Under the pieces are notes generated by a model. That model saw only the letters and a list, made by a program, of their open reading frames with translations, was not told where the DNA came from and did no database searches. A stretch of DNA of 64,000 nucleotides, taken from Mobula hypostoma (Eukaryota). The position numbers were made by a program, and so were the translations under genes. Location of the stretch: contig NC_086097.1 in NCBI RefSeq assembly GCF_963921235.1, forward strand, positions 132,372,001 to 132,436,000, written 5' to 3'. Positions 62,304 through 64,000 of this stretch are shown in pieces; within the stretch, counting starts at the first letter, position 1, and each line of letters begins with the position of its first letter.

Positions 62304-62943
62304 TACTCTGGTCTTGTATTTCCATACCAGACTGTGAGTGGAATGACTGGGATGGGAAGCAAAATAAAAAAACAATTCAATGAAATCTATGTGCCATTAT
62401 AAAGTGGTTATGGATCTAGCAATTCAGCAGATCACGCAGACAACAAATCAGAGGTAAACCAGGAATGTAAATAATGCTTTCTAACTTCCACCACCCTTGC
62501 ACTTTGTGATGCCTCCAAACTCCTGAAATTCAAGTCTCATGCAATGCCAGTTACAATGTGTCATCTTCTGGAGACCATATCCCTTCACCCCTCCCCCACC
62601 CTCACTACCTAGACTAAGATATTAAATTCCCCCCAAAGTTTCTCCCCTTCTTACTGCTCCTTTAAGACACTTGAACCTCCTTCAACGCGCTTCTGGAAGA
62701 CTGCTCCAATATCTCCTTGTGTATTGAATTTTGTTTCATACCTCCTATGAAACACTTTGAGACACTGCACTCTGCTAAAACTGATATGTAAAAGTAAGTC
62801 AGTACAAATCCCCTAATATGAAAACTTCTTTGGTTAATAATTCTGAAAAGAGTGAACTTCAGTTGTTCACAGAACTTTTCCTCTGAGTATTGTGAACATG
62901 ATCTATTCAAATTTTGAAGAAACTCACTTTGTGATGATAATCT

Positions 62944-63250
62944 GGATCCTCGCGTGGCCAAGTGATTAAGGCGTTTGTCTAGTGATTTGAAGGCCACTAG
63001 TTCGAGCCCTGGCTGAGGCAATGTGTGTGTCCTTGAGCACTTAACCACACATTGCTCTGCGACGACACTGGTGCCAAGCTGTATCAGCCCTAGTGCCCTT
63101 CCCTTGGACAACATTGGTGGCGTGGAGAGGGGAGACTTGCAGCATGGGCAACTGCTGGTCTTCCATACAACCTTGCCCAGGCCTGCGCCCTGGAAACCTT
63201 CCAAGGCGCAAATTCATGGTCTCATGAGACTAACGGATGCCTATATATAT
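62944..63250 (+). mobile_element. tRNA-derived SINE with a CORE-like motif and (TA)n tail
   Basis: A box TGGCCAAGTGA (62955), B box AGTTCGAGCC (62999), GTGTCCTTGAGCACTTAACC (63027-63046), and several internal hairpins. Confidence 0.8.
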
Positions 63251-63254
63251 AAAA

Positions 63255-63590
63255 TACAGAAAGACATGCAGCCCATTGAGTTGATATTAACTCTTGGATT
63301 GTACATCAATCCTGTTTCCCAAATTTCCTTGCATCCTATTCTCTCTCACATTACTATCAAATCCCCACCTCAATTTTCCTGTCTCTCACCCATACTAGGG
63401 ATAATTTGCAGTGACCAGATAACCTACCAAGCCGTCTTTGGGATATGGCAGAAAACCAGAGCAGCCAAGGGAGCCCACATTATCACAGGGAGAGCAAACT
63501 CCATATGTTCTCCTTGTGATCTGAGTTGCACCAGAGGTCAGGACTTCAAGCTGTAAGCTATCAGTGCTACTGCGATGCAATTGTGCCACT
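63255..63590 (-). mobile_element. V-SINE
   Basis: GTCTTTGGGATATGGCAGAAAACCAGAGCA..CCCAC..TCACAGGGAGAGCAAACTCCA. Confidence 0.7.
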
Positions 63591-64000
63591 CACCAGTTCT
63601 TGATTCCCTTTGGGTATCTCATTTTCCTGCCATTTCTTTACTCTGCATATACTGTATAGTATCAGGAATATTCTTTTGTGTCCGCCGATGGTCTGACATT
63701 CATTCTTTTGTGTTCTGTTAGCATCACATATGGAACTTCATCACAATATGAATAGATCATATTCACCATACTCAGAGGAAAAGTTCTATGGACAACTTAT
63801 TCTTTTGTTCTGTGATCTGCCTATTTCTTATCAGAAAATTTCCATAGAGTTCCAAAAGTTTTGCTCTATCACAAGGATGTTGCCTGCTTTTATTTTTCTT
63901 AAACAAGAGGACCATGAGCTGGAAATGTGCTCCTTCTATGGCATTCAGTTACCTTGACATTATTATTTAAATAGTAAAAACAAATTGCAGCACGCTGCTG

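Larger units (their letters stand above)
62861..63797. repeat. Old inverted repeat: 80-bp arms (62861-62940 and 63718-63797) enclosing two SINEs
   Basis: 67 of 80 positions are identical without gaps, by manual alignment. Confidence 0.85.

Noticed and set aside
62950..63015. tRNA gene
   Set aside because: A and B boxes are present but there is no complete cloverleaf or poly-T terminator, and the sequence continues into a SINE body.
1..64000. CRISPR array, prokaryotic operon or complete autonomous retroelement
   Set aside because: There is no regularly spaced repeat-spacer array and no dense coding organisation. Every element is truncated or disrupted.

Overview
This is repeat-dense vertebrate DNA with no recognisable host-gene exon. 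The repeat families point to a cartilaginous fish, probably a ray or skate (inference). Most of the window is broken retroelements: (1) about 25 CR1-clade LINE fragments, several nested; (2) Rex/Babar-type LINE 3' fragments carrying the 'IESILTGCITAWYG' motif; (3) tRNA-derived V-SINEs, DeuSINE-like relics and one structured CORE-like SINE; (4) about 18 pieces of Penelope-like elements (PLEs) with a GIY-YIG endonuclease. The most interesting signal is that the PLE terminal region carries a minimal type I hammerhead ribozyme (CAGUC-CUGANGA-A-stem II-GAAA-C-GUC-GACUG). It has an intact core in both arms of a TSD-flanked 289-bp inverted pair (25352-26145). It also recurs in ~100-180 bp mini-insertions whose 5' ends cluster at the ribozyme. 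Between the repeats are unique islands rich in homeodomain motifs (best at 21870-22330), CTCF-like motifs, a 43-bp template-switch hairpin, an old 80-bp inverted repeat and a probable solo LTR. No complete autonomous element is present. Family names come from remembered consensus motifs, not from a database search, and most repeat boundaries are approximate.
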